64,000 bases of DNA, from contig OZ024744.1 in NCBI GenBank assembly GCA_964016885.1, positions 31,434,001 to 31,498,000 of the forward strand, given 5' to 3'. The translations under genes were made by a program, and so were the position numbers. The notes below the pieces were generated by a model. The model saw only the letters and a program-made list of their open reading frames with translations. It was not told the DNA's origin and did not search any database. Every line of letters begins with the position of its first letter. Positions within the stretch are counted from its first letter, which is position 1. Shown here one piece after another: positions 43,101 to 57,400 of this stretch. This DNA is from Eledone cirrhosa. Its lineage: Eukaryota.

Positions 43101-45610
43101 TAATTAATATCCTCTCTCATGGCCAACTGAGACGTTGGTAAACCCAGTACTAACTAATGTCCTCTGTCATGGCCAACTGAGACGTTGGTAAACCCAGTAC
43201 TAACTAATGTCCTCTGTCATGGCCAACTGAGATATTGCTAAACCCAGTATTATCTAATGTCCTATGCCATGACCAACTGAGACGTTGGTATACCCAGTAC
43301 TAACTAACGTCCTATGTCATGGTCAACTGAGACGTTGGTAAACCCAGTACTAACTAATGTCCGCTGTGATGGCCAACTGAGACGTTGGTAAACACAGTAC
43401 TAACTAATGTCCTATGTCATGGCCAACTGAGATGTTGTTAAATCCAGTACTATCTAATATCCTCTGTCATGGCCAACTGAGACATTGGTAAACCCAGTAC
43501 TAACTAATGTCCTCTGTCATGGCCAACTGAGACGTTGGTAAACCGAGTACTAACTAATGTCCTATGTCATGGCCAACTGAGACGTTGGTAAACCCAGAAC
43601 TAACAAATGTCCTATGTCATGACCAACTGAGACGTTGGTATACCCAGTACTAACTAATGTCCTCTGTCATGGCCAACTGAGAGATTGGTAAACCCAGTAC
43701 TAACTAATGTCCTATGTCATGACCAACTGAGACATTGGTAAACCCAGTACTAACTAATGTCCTATGTCATGGCCAACTGAGACGTTGGTAAACCCAGTAC
43801 TAACTAATGTCCTCTGTCATGGCCAACTGAGACATTGGTAAACCCAGTACTAATTAATGTCCTATGTCATGGCCAACTGAGACGTTGGTAAACCCAGTAC
43901 TAACAAATGTCCTACGTCATGACCAACTGAGACGTTGGTAAACCCAGTACTAACTAATGTCCTATGTCATGACCAACTGAGACATTGGTAAACACAGTAC
44001 TAACTAATGTCCTATGTCATGGCCAACTGAGACGTTGGTAAACCCTGTACTAACTAATGTCCTCTGTCATGGCCAACTGAGACATTGGTAAACCCAGTAC
44101 TAACTAATGTCCTATGTCATGACCAACTGAGACATTGGTAAACCCAGTACTAACTAATGTCCTATGTCATGGCCAACTGAGACGCTGGTAAATCCAGTAC
44201 TAACTAATGTCCTTTCTCATGGCCAACTGAGACGTTGGTAAACCCAGTACTAACTAATATTCTCTGTCATGGCCAACTGAGACGTAGGTAAACCCAGTAC
44301 AAACTAATGTCCTCTGTCATGGCCAACTGAGACGTTGGTAAACCCAGTTTTAACTAATGTCCTATGTCATGGCCAACTGACACGATGGTAAACCCAGTAC
44401 TAAATAATGTTCTCTGTCATGGCCAACTGAGACATTGGTAAACCCAGTTCTAACTAATGTCCTATGTCATGGCCAACTGAGACATTGGTAAACCCAGTAC
44501 TATCTAATGTCCTATGTCATGGCCAACTGAGACGTTGGTAAACCCAGTACTAACTAATGTCCTCTGTCATGGTCAACTGAGAGATTGGTAAACCCAGTAC
44601 TAACTAATGTCCTATGTCATGGCCAACTGAGACGTTGGTAAACCCAGTACTAATTAATGTCCTCTCTCATGGCCAACTGAGACGTTGGTAAACCCAGTAC
44701 TAACTAATGTCCTCTGTCATGGCCAACTGAGACGTTGGTAAACCCAGTACTAACTAATGTCCTCTGTCATGGCCAACTGAGATATTGCTAAACCCAGTAT
44801 TATCTAATGTCCTATGCCATGACCAACTGAGACGTTGGTATACCCAGTACTAACGAATGTCCTCTGTCATGGCCAACTGAGACATTGGTAAACCCAGTAT
44901 AAACAAATGTACTATGTCATGACCAACTGAGACGTAGGTAAGTCCAGTACTAACTAACGTCCTATGTCATGGTCAACTGAGACGTTGGTAAACCCAGTAC
45001 TAACTAATGTCCGCTGTGATGGCCAACTGAGACGTTGGTAAACACAGTACTAACTAATGTCCTATGTCATGGCCAACTGAGATGTTGTTAAATCCAGTAC
45101 TATCTAATATCCTCTGTCATGGCCAACTGAGAAATTGGTAAACCCAGTACTAACTAATGTCCTCTGTCATGGCCAACTGAGACGTTGGTAAACCCAGTAC
45201 TAACTAATGTCCTATGTCATGGCCAACTGAGACGTTGGTAAACCCAGAACTAACTAATGTCCTATGTCATGACCAACTGAGACGTTGGTATACCCAGTAC
45301 TATGTAATGTCCTCTGTCATGGCCAACTGAGAGATTGGTAAACCCAGTACTAACTAATGTACTATGTCATGACCAACTGAGACATTGGTAAACCCAGTAC
45401 TAACTAATGTCCTATGTCATGGCCAACTGAGACGTTGGTAAACCCAGTACTAACTAATGTCCTCTGTCATGGCCAACTGAGACTTTGGTAAACCCAGTAC
45501 TAACTAATGTCCTAGGTCATGACCAACTGAGACATTGGTAAACCCAGTACTAACAAATGTCCTATGTCATGGCCAACTGAGACGTTGGTAAACCAGTACT
45601 AACTAATTTC
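40200..45610 (+). repeat. Locally restricted satellite sub-family, three diverged copies of a block (offsets ~1,949 and 1,600 bp)
   Basis: Variants ACACGATGG (40831, 42780, 44380), CCAGTTTTAAC, CCGCTGTGA and GATGTTGTTAAATCC were noticed only in this interval. Confidence 0.75.
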
Positions 45611-48600
45611 CTCTGTCATAGCCAACTGAGACGTAGGTAAACCCAGTACTAAGTAATGTCCTCTGTCATGGCCAACTGAGACGTTGGTAAACCCAGTACT
45701 AACTAATGTCCTCTGTCATTACCAACTGAGACGTAGGTAAACCCAGTACTAACTAATGTCCTCTGTCATGGCCAACTGAGACGTAGGTAAACCCAGTACT
45801 AACTAATGTCCTATGTCATGGCCAACTGAGACGTTGGTAAACCCAGTATTAACTAATGTCCTATGTCATGACCAACTGAGACATTGTTAAACCCAGTACT
45901 AACTAATGTCCTATGTCATGACCAACTGAGACGTAGGTAAATCCAGTACTAACTAATGTCCTATGTCATGACCAACTGAGACATTGGTAAACCCAGTACT
46001 AACTAATGTCCTATGTCATGACCAACTGAGACGTTGGTAAACCCAGTACTAACTAACGTCCTATGTCATGGCCAACTGAGACGTTGGTAAACCCAGTACT
46101 AACTAATGTCCTCTGTCATGACAACTGAGAGATTGGTAAACCCAGTACTAACTAATGTCTTATGTCATGACCAACTGAGACATTGGTAAACCCAGTACTA
46201 ACTAATGTCCTATGTCATGGCCAACTGAGACGTTGGTAAACCCAGTACTAACTAATGTCCTCTGTCATGGCCAACTGAGACATTGGTAAACCCAGTATTA
46301 ACTAATGTCCTACGTCATGACCAACTGAGACATTGGTAAACCCAGTACTAACTAATGTCCTATGTCATGGCCAACTGAGACGTTGGTAAATCCAGTACTA
46401 ACTAATGTCCTCTCTCATGGCCAACTGAGACGTAGGTAAACCCAGTACTAACTAATGTCCTCTGTCATGGCCAACTGAGACGTTAGTAAACCCAGTATTA
46501 GCTAATGTCCTATGTCATGGCCAACTGAGACGATGGTAAACCCAGTACTAAATAATGTCCTTTGTCATGGCCAACTGAGACATTGGTAAACCCAGTTCTA
46601 ACTAATGTCCTATGTCATGTCCAACTGAGACATTGGTAAACCCAGTACTATCTAATGTCCTCTGTCATGGCCAACTGAGACGTTGGTAAACCCAGTACTA
46701 ACTAATGTCCTATGTCATGGCCAACTGAGACGTTGGTAAACCCAGTACTAACTAATGTCCTATGTCATGACCAACTGAGACATTGGTAAACCCAGTACGA
46801 ACTAATGTCCTATGTCATGGCCAACTGAGACGTTGGTAAACCCAGTACTAACTAATGTCCTCTGTCATGGCCAACTGAGACGTTGGTAAACCCAGTATTA
46901 ACTAATGTCCTATGTCTTGGCCAACTGAGACGATGGTAAACCCAGTACTAAATAATGTCCTCTGTCATGGCCAACTGAGACATTGGTAAACCCAGTTCTA
47001 ACTAATGTCCTATGTCATGGCCAACTGAGACGTTGGTAAACCCAGTACTAATTAATGTCCTCTCTCATGGCCAACTGAGACGTTGGTAAACCCAGTACTA
47101 ACTAATGTCCTCTGTCATAGCCAACTGAGACGTAGGTAAACCCAGTACTAACTAATGTCCTCTGTCATGGTCAACTGAGACGTTGGTAAACCCAGTACTA
47201 ACAAATGTCCTATGTCATGGCCAACTGAGATATTGCTAAACCCAGTGTTATCTAATGTCCTATGTCATGACCAACTGAGACGTTGGTATACCCAGTACTA
47301 ACGAATGTCCTCTGTCATGGCCAACTGAGACATTGGTAAACCCAGTATAAACTAATGACCTATGTCATGGCCAACTGAGACGTTAGTAACCCAGTAATAA
47401 CTAATGTCCTATGTCATGACCAACTGAGACTTTGTTAAACCCAGTACTAACTAATGTCATATGTCATGGCCAACTGAGACGTTGGTAAATCCAGTACTAA
47501 CTAATGTCCTCTCTCATGACCAACTGAGACGTTGGTAAACCAAGTACTAACTAATGTTCTCTGTCATGGCCAACTGAGACGTAGGTAAACCCAGTACTAA
47601 CTAATGTACTCTGTCATGGCCAACTGAGACATTGGTAAACCCAGTACTAACTAATGTCCTATGTCATGACCAACTGAGATGTTGGTAAACCCAGTACTAA
47701 CTAATGTCCTATGCCATGGCCAACTGAGACGTTGGTAAATCCAGTACTAACTAATGTCCTCTCTCATGGCCAACTGAGCCGTTGGTAAACCCAGTATTAA
47801 CTAATGTCCTATGTCATAGCCAACTGAGACGATGGTAAACCCAGTACTAAATAATGTCCTCTGTCATGGCCAACTGAGACATTGGTAAACCCAGTACTAA
47901 CTAATGTCCTATGTCATGGCCAACTGAGACATTATTAAACCCAGTACTATCTAATGTCCTATGTCATGGCACACTGAAACGTTGGTAAACCCAGTACTAA
48001 TTAATGTCCTCTCTCATTGCCAACTGAGACGTTGGTAAACCCAGTATTAACTAATGTCCTCTTTCATAGCCAACTGAGACGTAGGTAAACCCAGTACTAA
48101 CTAATGTCCTCTGTCATGGCCAACTGAGACGTTGGTAAACCCAGTACTGACTAATGTCCTCTGTCATGGCCAACTGAGACGTTGGTAAACCCAGTACTAA
48201 CTAATGTCCCATGTCATGGCCAACTGAGTTGTTGGTAAACCCAGTACTATCTAATTTCCTATGTCATGACCAACTGAGACGTTGGTAAACCCAGTATTAA
48301 CTAATGTCCTCTGTCATGGCCAACTGAGACATTCGTAAACCCAGTACTAACTAATGTCCTCTGTTATGGCCAACTGAGAGATTGGTAAACCCAGTACTAA
48401 CTAATGTCCTATGACATGACCAACTGAGACATTGGTAAACCCAGTACTAACTAATGTCCTATGTCATTGCCAACTGAGACGTTGGTAAACCCAGTACTAA
48501 CTAATGTCCTCTCTCATGGCCAACTGACACGTTGGTAAACCCAGTACTAACTAATGTCCTATGTCATGACCAACTGAGACATTGGTAAACCCAGTACTAA

Positions 48601-51600
48601 CTAATGTCCTATGTCATGGCCAACTGAGACGTTGGTAAATCCAGTACTAACTAATGTCCTCTCTCATGACCAACTGAGACGTTGGTAAACCCAGTACAAA
48701 CTAATGTTCTCTGTCATGGCCAACTGAGACGTAGGTAAACCCAGTACTAACTAATGTCGTATGTTATGGACAACTGAGACGTTGGTAAACCCAACACTTA
48801 CTAATGTCCTCTGTCATAGCCAACTGAGACGTAGGTAAACCCAGTACTAACTAATGTCCTCTGTCATGGCCAACTGAGACGTTAGTAAACCCAGTATTAG
48901 CTAATGTCCTATGTCATGGCCAACTGAGACGATGGTAAACCCAGTACTAAATAATGTCCTTTGTCATGGCCAACTGAGACATTGGTAAACCCAGTTCTAA
49001 CTAATGTCCTATGTCATGGCCAACTGAGACATTGGTAAACCCAGTACTATCTAATGTCCTATGTCATGGCCAACTGAGACGTTGGTAAACCCAATACTAA
49101 CTAATGTCCTCTGTCATAGCCAACTGAGACGTAGGTAAACCCAGTACTAACTAATGTCCTCTGTCATGGCCAACTGAGATGTTGGTAAACCCAGTACTAA
49201 CTAATGTCCTCTGTCATGGCCAACTGAGACATTGGTAAACCCAGTACAAACTAATGTCCTCTGTCATGGCCAACTGAGACGTTGGTAAACCCAGTACTAA
49301 CTAATGTCCTATGTCATGGCCAACTGAGACGTTGGTAAACCCAGTACTAACAAATATCATATATCATGACCAACTGAGACGTTGGTAAACCCAGTACTAA
49401 CTAATGTCCTCTGTCATGGCCAACTGAGACATTCGTAAACCCAGTACTAACTAATGTCCTATGTCATGGCCAACTGAGAGATTGGTAAACCCAGTACTAA
49501 CTAATGTCCTATGTCATGACCAACTGAGACATTGGTAAACCCAGTACGAACTAATGTCCTATGTCATGGCCAACTGAGACGTTGGTAAACCCAGTACTAA
49601 CTAATGTCCACTGTCATGGCCAACTGAGACGTTGGTAAACCCAGTATTAACTAATGTCCTATGTCTTGGCCAACTGAGACGATGGTAAACCCAGTACTAA
49701 ATAATCTCCTCTGTCATGGCCAACTGAGACATTGGTAAACCCAGTTCTAACTAATGTCCTATGTCATGGCCAACTGAGACGTTGGTAAACCCAGTACTAA
49801 TTAATGTCCTCTCTCATGGCCAACTGAGACGTTGGTAAACCCAGTACTAACTAATGTCCTCTGTCATAGCCAACTGACACGTAGGTAAACCCAGTACTAA
49901 CTAATGTCCTCTGTCATGGTCAACTGAGACGTTGGTAAACCCAGTACTAACAAATGTCCTATGTCATGGCCAACTGAGATATTGCTAAACCCAGTGTTAT
50001 CTAATGTCCTATGTCATGACCACCTGAGACGTTGGTATACCCAGTACTAACGAATGTCCTCTGTCATGGCCAACTGAGACATTGGTAAACCCATTATAAA
50101 CTAATGACCTATGTCATGGCCAACTGAGACGTTAGTAAACCCAGTACTAACTAATGTCCTATGTCATGACCAACTGAGACATTGGTAAACCCAGTACTAA
50201 CTAATGTCCTATGTCATGACCAACTGAGACATTATTAAACCCAGTACTATATAATGTCCTATGTCATGGCACACTGAAACGTTGGTAAACCCAGTACTAA
50301 TTAATGTCCTCTCTCATTGCCAACTGAGACGTTGGTAAACCCAGTACTAACTAATGTCCTCTTTCATAGCCAACTGAGACGTAGGTAAACCCAGTACTAA
50401 CTAATGTCCTCTGTCATGGCCAACTGAGACGTTGGTAAACCCAGTACTGACTAATGTCCTCTGTCATGGCCAACTGAGACGTTGGTAAACCCAGTACTAA
50501 CTAATGTCCCATGTAATGGCCAACTGAATTGTTGGTAAACCCAGTACTATCTAATTTGCTATGTCATGACCAACTGAGACGTTGGTAAACCCAGTACTAA
50601 CTAATGTCCTCTGTCATGGCCAACTGAGACATTCGTAAACCCAGTACTAACTAATGTCCTCTGTTATGGCCAACTGAGAGATTGGTAAACCCAGTACTAA
50701 CTAATGTCCTATGACATGACCAACTGAAACATTGGTAAACCCAGTACTAACTAATGTCCTATGTCATTGCCAACTGAGACGTTGGTAAACCCAGTACTAA
50801 CTAATGTCCTCTCTCATGGCCAACTGAGACATTGGTAAACCCAGTACTAACTAATGTCCTATGTCATGACCAACTGAGACATTGGTAAACCCAGTACTAA
50901 CTAATGTCCTATGTCATGGCCAACTGAGACGTTGGTAAATCCAGTACTAACTAATGTCCTCTCTCATGACCAACTGAGACGTTGGTAAACCCAGTACAAA
51001 CTAATGTTCTCTGTCATGGCCAACTGAGACGTAGGTAAACCCAGTACTAACTAATGTCCTCTGTCATGGCCAACTGAGACATTGGTAAACCCAGTACTAA
51101 CTAATGTCGTATGTCATGGCCAACTGAGACATTGGTAAACCCAGTACTAACTAATGTCCTATGTCATCGCCAACTGAGACGTTGGTAAACCCAGAACTAA
51201 CTAATGTCCTACGTCATGACCAACTGAGACGTTGGTAAACCCAGTACTAACTAATGTCCTCTGTCATCGCCAACTTAGACGTAGGTAAACCCAATACTAA
51301 ATAATGTCCTCTGTCATGGCCAACTGAGACGTTGGTAAACCCAGTACTAACTAATGTCCTCTGTCATTACCAACTGAGACGTAGGTAAACCCAGTACTAA
51401 CTCATGTCCTCTGTCATGGCCAACTGAGACGTAGGTAAACCCAGTAATAACTAATGTCCTATGTCATGGCCAACTGAGACGTTGGTAAACCCAGTATTAA
51501 CTAATGTCCTATGTCATGACCAACTGAGACATTGGTAAACCCAGTACTAACTAATGTCCTATGTCATGGCCAACTGAGACGTTGGTAAACCCAGTACTAA

Positions 51601-53569
51601 CTAATGTCTTATGTCATGGCCAACTGAGACATTGGTAAACCCAGTACTAACTAATGTCCTATGTCATGGCCAACCGAGACGGTGGTAAACCCAGTACTAA
51701 CTAATGTCCTATGTCATGACCAACTGAGACGTTGGTAAACCCAGTATTAACTAATCTCCTATGTCATGGCCAACCGAGACGGTGGTAAACCCAGTACTAA
51801 CTAATGTCCTCTGTCATGGCCAACTGAGACATTCGTAAACCCAGTACTAACTAATGTCCTCTGTCATGGCCAACTGAGTCATTGGTAAACCCAGTAATAA
51901 CTAATGTCCTATGTCATGGCCAACTGAGACGATGGTAAACCCAGTACTAAATAATGTCCTCTGACATAGCCGACTGAGACATTCGTAAACCCAGTACTAA
52001 CTAATGTCCTCTGTCATGGCCAACTGAGAGATTGGTAAACCCAGTACTAACTAATGTCCTATGTCATGACCAACTGAGACATTGGTAAACCCAGTACTGA
52101 CTAATGACCTATGTCATGGCCAACTGAGACGATGGTAAACCCAGTACTAACTAATGTCCTCTGTCATAGCCAACTGAGACGTGGGTAAACCGAGTAATAA
52201 CTAATGTCCTCTGTCATGGCCAACTGAGACGTTGGTAAACCCAGTACTAACTAATGTCCTCTGTCATGGCCAACTGAGATATTGCTAAACCCAGTATTAT
52301 CTAATGTCCTATGTCATGACCAACTGAGACGTTGGTATACCCTGTACTAACGAATGTCCTTTGTCATGGCCAACTGAGACATTGGTAAACCCAGTATAAA
52401 TTAATGTCCTATGTCATGACCAACTGAGACGTTGGTAAACCCAGTACTAACTAACGCCCTATGTCATGGCCAACTGAGACGTTGGTAAACCCAGTACTAA
52501 CAAATATCATATATCATGACCAACTGAGACGTTGGTAAACCCAGTACTAACTAATGTCCTCTGTCATGGCCAACTGAGATATTCGTAAACCCAGTACTAA
52601 CTAATGTCCTCTGTCATGGCCAACTGAGAGATTGGTAAACCCAGTACTAACTAATGTCCTCTGTCATGGCCAACTGAGACGTTGGTAAACCCAGTACTAA
52701 CTAATGTCCTATGTCATGGCCAACTGAGACGTTGGTAAACCCAGTACTAACTAATGTCCTCTGTCATGGCCAACTGAGACATTGGTAAATCCAGTACTAA
52801 CTAATGTCCTATGTCATGACCAATTGAGACATTGGTAAACCCAGTACTAACTAATGTCCTATGTCATGGCCAACTGAGACGTTGGTAAATCCAGTACTAA
52901 CTAATGTCCTCTCTCATGGCGAACTGATACGTTGGTAAACCCAGTACTAACTAATGTTCTCTGTCATGGCCAACTGAGACGTTGATAAACCCAGTATTAA
53001 CTAATGTCCTATGTCATGACCAACTGAGACGATGGTAAACCCAGAACTAAATAATGTCCTCTGTCATGGTCAACTGAGACATTGGTAAACCCAGTTCTAA
53101 CTAATGTCCTATGTCATGGCCAACTGAGACATTGGTAAACCCAGTACTATCTAATGTCTTATGTCATGGCCAACTGAGACGTTGGTAAACCCAGTACTAA
53201 CTAATGTCCTCTGTCATGGCCAACTGAGAGATTGGTAAACCCAGTACTAACTAATGTCCTATGTCATGACCAACTGAGAGATTGGTAAACCCAGTACTAA
53301 CTAATGTCCTATGTCATGACCAACTGAGACATTGGTAAACCCAGTACTAACTAATCTCCTATGTCATGGCCAACTGAGACGTTGGTAAACCCAGTACTAA
53401 CTGATGTCCTCTGTCATAGCCAACTGAGACGTAGGTAAACCCAGTACTAACTAATGTCCTCTGTCATGGCCAACTGAGACGTTGGTAAACCCAGTACTAA
53501 CTAATGTCCTCTGTCATGGCCAACTGAGATATTGATAAACCCAGTATTATCTAATGTCCTATGTCATGA

Positions 53570-56500
53570 CCAACTGAGACGTAGGTAAACCCAGTACTAA
53601 CTAATGTCCTCTGTCATGGCCAACTGAGATGTAGGTAAACCCAGTACTAACTAATGTCCTATGTCATGGCCAACTGAGACGTTGGGAAACCCAGTATTAA
53701 CTAATGTCCTATGTCATGACCAACTGAGACATTGGTAAACCCAGTACTATCTAATGTCCTATGTCTTGGCCAACTGAGACGTAGGTAAACCCAGTACTAA
53801 CTAATGTCCTCTGTCATGGCCAACCGAGACGGTGGTAAACCCAGTTCTAACTATTGTCCTCTGTCATGGTCAACGGAGACGTTGGTAAACCCAGTACTAA
53901 CTAATGTCCTATGTCATGACCAACTGAGACATTGGTAAACCCAGTACTAACTAATGTCCTATGTCATGACCAACTGAGACGTAGGTAAATCCAGTACTAA
54001 CTAATGACCTATGTCATGACCAACTGAGACATTGGTAAACCCAGTACTAACTAATGTCCTATGTCATGGCCAACTGAGACGTTGGTAAACCCAGTACTAA
54101 CTAATGTCCTATGTCGTGGCCAACTGAGACGTTGGTAAACGCAGTATTAACTAATGTCCTATGTCATGGCCAACTGAGACATTGGTTAACACAGTACTAA
54201 CTAATGTCGTATGTCATGGCCAACTGAGACATTGGTAAACCCAGTACTAACTAATGTCCTATTTCATGACCAATTGAGACGTTGGTAAACACAGTACTAA
54301 CTAATGTACTCTCTCCTGGCCAACTGAGACGTTGGTAAACCCAGTACTAACTAATGTCCTATTTCATGACCAATTGAGACGTTGGTAAACACAGTACTAA
54401 CTAATGTACTCTCTCCTGGCCAACTGAGAGATTGGTAAAGCCAGTACTAACTAATGCCCTATGTCATGGACAAATGAGACGTAGGTAAATCCAGTTCTAA
54501 CTAATGTCCTCTGTCATGGCCAACTGAGACATTCGTAAAACAAGTACTAACTAATGTCCTCTGTCATGGCCAACTGAGTCATTGGTAAACCCAGTAATAA
54601 CTAATGTCCTATGTCATGGCCAACTGAGACGATGGTAAACCCAGTACTAAATAATGTCCTCTGTCATAGCCAACTGAGACATTCGTAAACCCAGAACTAA
54701 CTAATGTCCTCTGTCATGGCCAACTGAGACATTGGTAAACCCAGTACTAACTAATGTCCTATGTCATGGCCAACTGAGACGTTGGTAATCCCAGTACTAA
54801 CTAATGTCCTCTGTCATAGCCAACTGAGACGTAGGTAAACCCAGTACTAACTAATGTCCTCTGTCATGGCCAACTGAGACGTTGGTTAACCCAGTACTAA
54901 CTAATGTCCTCTGTCATGGCCAACTGAGATATTGCTAAACCCAGTATTATCTAATGTCCTATGTCATGACCAACTGAGACGTTGGTAAACCCAGTACTAA
55001 CTAACGCCCTATGTCATGGCCAACTGAGACGTTGGTAAACCCAGTACTAACTATTGTCCTCTGTCATGGCCAACTGAGACGTTGGTAAACACAGTACTAA
55101 CTAATGTCTTATGTCATGGCCAACTGAGATGTTGGTAAACCCAGTACTAACTAATGTCCTCTGTCATGGCCAACTGAGACATTGGTAAACCCAGTACTAA
55201 CTAATGTCCTCTGTCATGGCCAACTGAGACGTTGGTAAACCCAGTACTAACTAATGTCCTATGTCATGGCCAACTGAGACGTTGGTAAACCCAGTACTAA
55301 CAAATATCCTACGTCATGACCAACTGAGACGTTGGTAAACCCAGTACTAACTAATGTCCTATGTCATGACCAACTGAGACATTGGTAAACCCAGTACTAA
55401 CTAATGTCCTATATCATGGCCAACTGAGACGTTGGTAAACCCAGTACTAACTAATGTCCTCTGTCATGGCCAACTGAGACATTGGTAAACCCAGTACTAA
55501 CTAATGTCCTATGTCATGACCAACTGAGACATTGGTAAACCCAGTACTAACTAATCTCCTATTTCATGGCCAACTGAGACGCTGGTAAATCCAGTCCTAA
55601 CTAATGTCCTCTCTCATGGCCAACTGAGACGTTGGTAAACCCAATACTAACTAATGTTCTCTGTCATGGCCAACTGAGACGTAGGTAAACCCAGTACTAA
55701 CTAATGTCCTATGTCATGACCAACTGAGACGTAGGTAAATCCAGTACTAACTAATGTCCTATGTCATGACCAACTGAGACGTAGGTAAATCCAGTACTAA
55801 CTAATGTCCTATGTCATGACCAACTGAGACATTGGTAAACCCAGTACTAACTAATGTCCTATGTCATGACCAACTGAGACGTTGGTAAACCCAGTACTAA
55901 CTAACGTCCTATGTCATGGCCAACTGAGACGTTGGTAAACCCAGTACTAACTAATGTCCGCTGTCATGGCCAACTGAGACGTTGGTAAACACAGTACTAA
56001 CTAATGTCCTATGTCATGGCCAACTGAGATGTTGGTAAACCCAGTACTAACTAATGTACTCTGTCATGGCCATCTGAGACGTTGGTAAACCCAGTACTAA
56101 CTAATGTCCTCTGTCATGGCCAACTGAGACGTAGGTAAACCCAGTACTAACTAATGTCCTATGTCATGGCCAACTGAGACGTTGGGAAACCCAGTATTAA
56201 CTAATGTCCTATGTCATGACCAACTGAGACATTGGTAAACCCAGTACTATCTAATGTCCTATGTCATGGCCAACTGAGACGTAGGTAAACCCAGTACTAA
56301 CTAATGTCCTCTGTCATGGCCAACCGAGACGGTGGTAAACCCAGTTCTAACTATTGTCCTCTGTCATGGTCAACGGAGACGTTGGTAAACCCAGTACTAA
56401 CTAATGTCCTATGTCATGACCAACTGAGACATTGGTAAACCCAGTACTAACTAATGTCCTATGTCATGACCAACTGAGACGTAGGTAAATCCAGTACTAA

Positions 56501-57400
56501 CTAATGACCTATGTCATGACCAACTGAGACATTGGTAAACCCAGTACTAACTAATGTCCTATGTCATGGCCAACTGAGACGTTGGTAAACCCAGTACTAA
56601 CTAATGTCCTATGTCGTGGCCAACTGAGACGTTGGTAAACGCAGTATTAACTAATGTCCTATGTCATGGCCAACTGAGACATTGGTAAACACAGTACTAA
56701 CTAATGTCGTATGTCATGGCCAACTGAGACATTGGTAAACCCAGTACTAACTAATGTCCTATTTCATGACCAATTGAGACGTTGGTAAACACAGTACTAA
56801 CTAATGTACTCTCTCCTGGCCAACTGAGACGTTGGTAAACCCTGTACTAACTAATGTACTATTTCATGACCAATTGAGACGTTGGTAAACACAGTACTAA
56901 CTAATGTACTCTCTCCTGGCCAACTGAGAGATTGGTAAAGCCAGTACGAACTAATGCCCTATGTCATGGACAAATGAGACGTAGGTAAATCCAGTTCTAA
57001 CTAATGTCCTCTGTCATGGCCAACTGAGACATTCGTAAAACAAGTACTAACTAATGTCCTCTGTCATGGCCAACTGAGTCATTGGTAAACCCAGTAATAA
57101 CTAATGTCCTATGTCATGGCCAACTGAGACGATGGTAAACCCAGTACTAAATAATGTCCTCTGTCATAGCCAACTGAGACATTCGTAAACCCAGAACTAA
57201 CTAATGTCCTCTGTCATGGCCAACTGAGACATTGGTAAACCTAGTACTAACTAATGTCCTATGTCATGGCCAACTGAGACGTTGGTAATCCCAGTACTAA
57301 CTAATGTCCTCTGTCATAGCCAACTGAGACGTAGGTAAACCCAGTACTAACTAATGTCCTCTGTCATGGCCAACTGAGACGTTGGTTAACCCAGTACTAA
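53570..57400 (+). repeat. Duplicated ~1.3-kb block at offset 2,500 bp (50 monomers)
   Basis: ATGTCGTGGC at 54111 and 56611; ATTCGTAAAACAAG at 54531 and 57031; GTTGGTAATC at 54781 and 57281. Confidence 0.85.
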
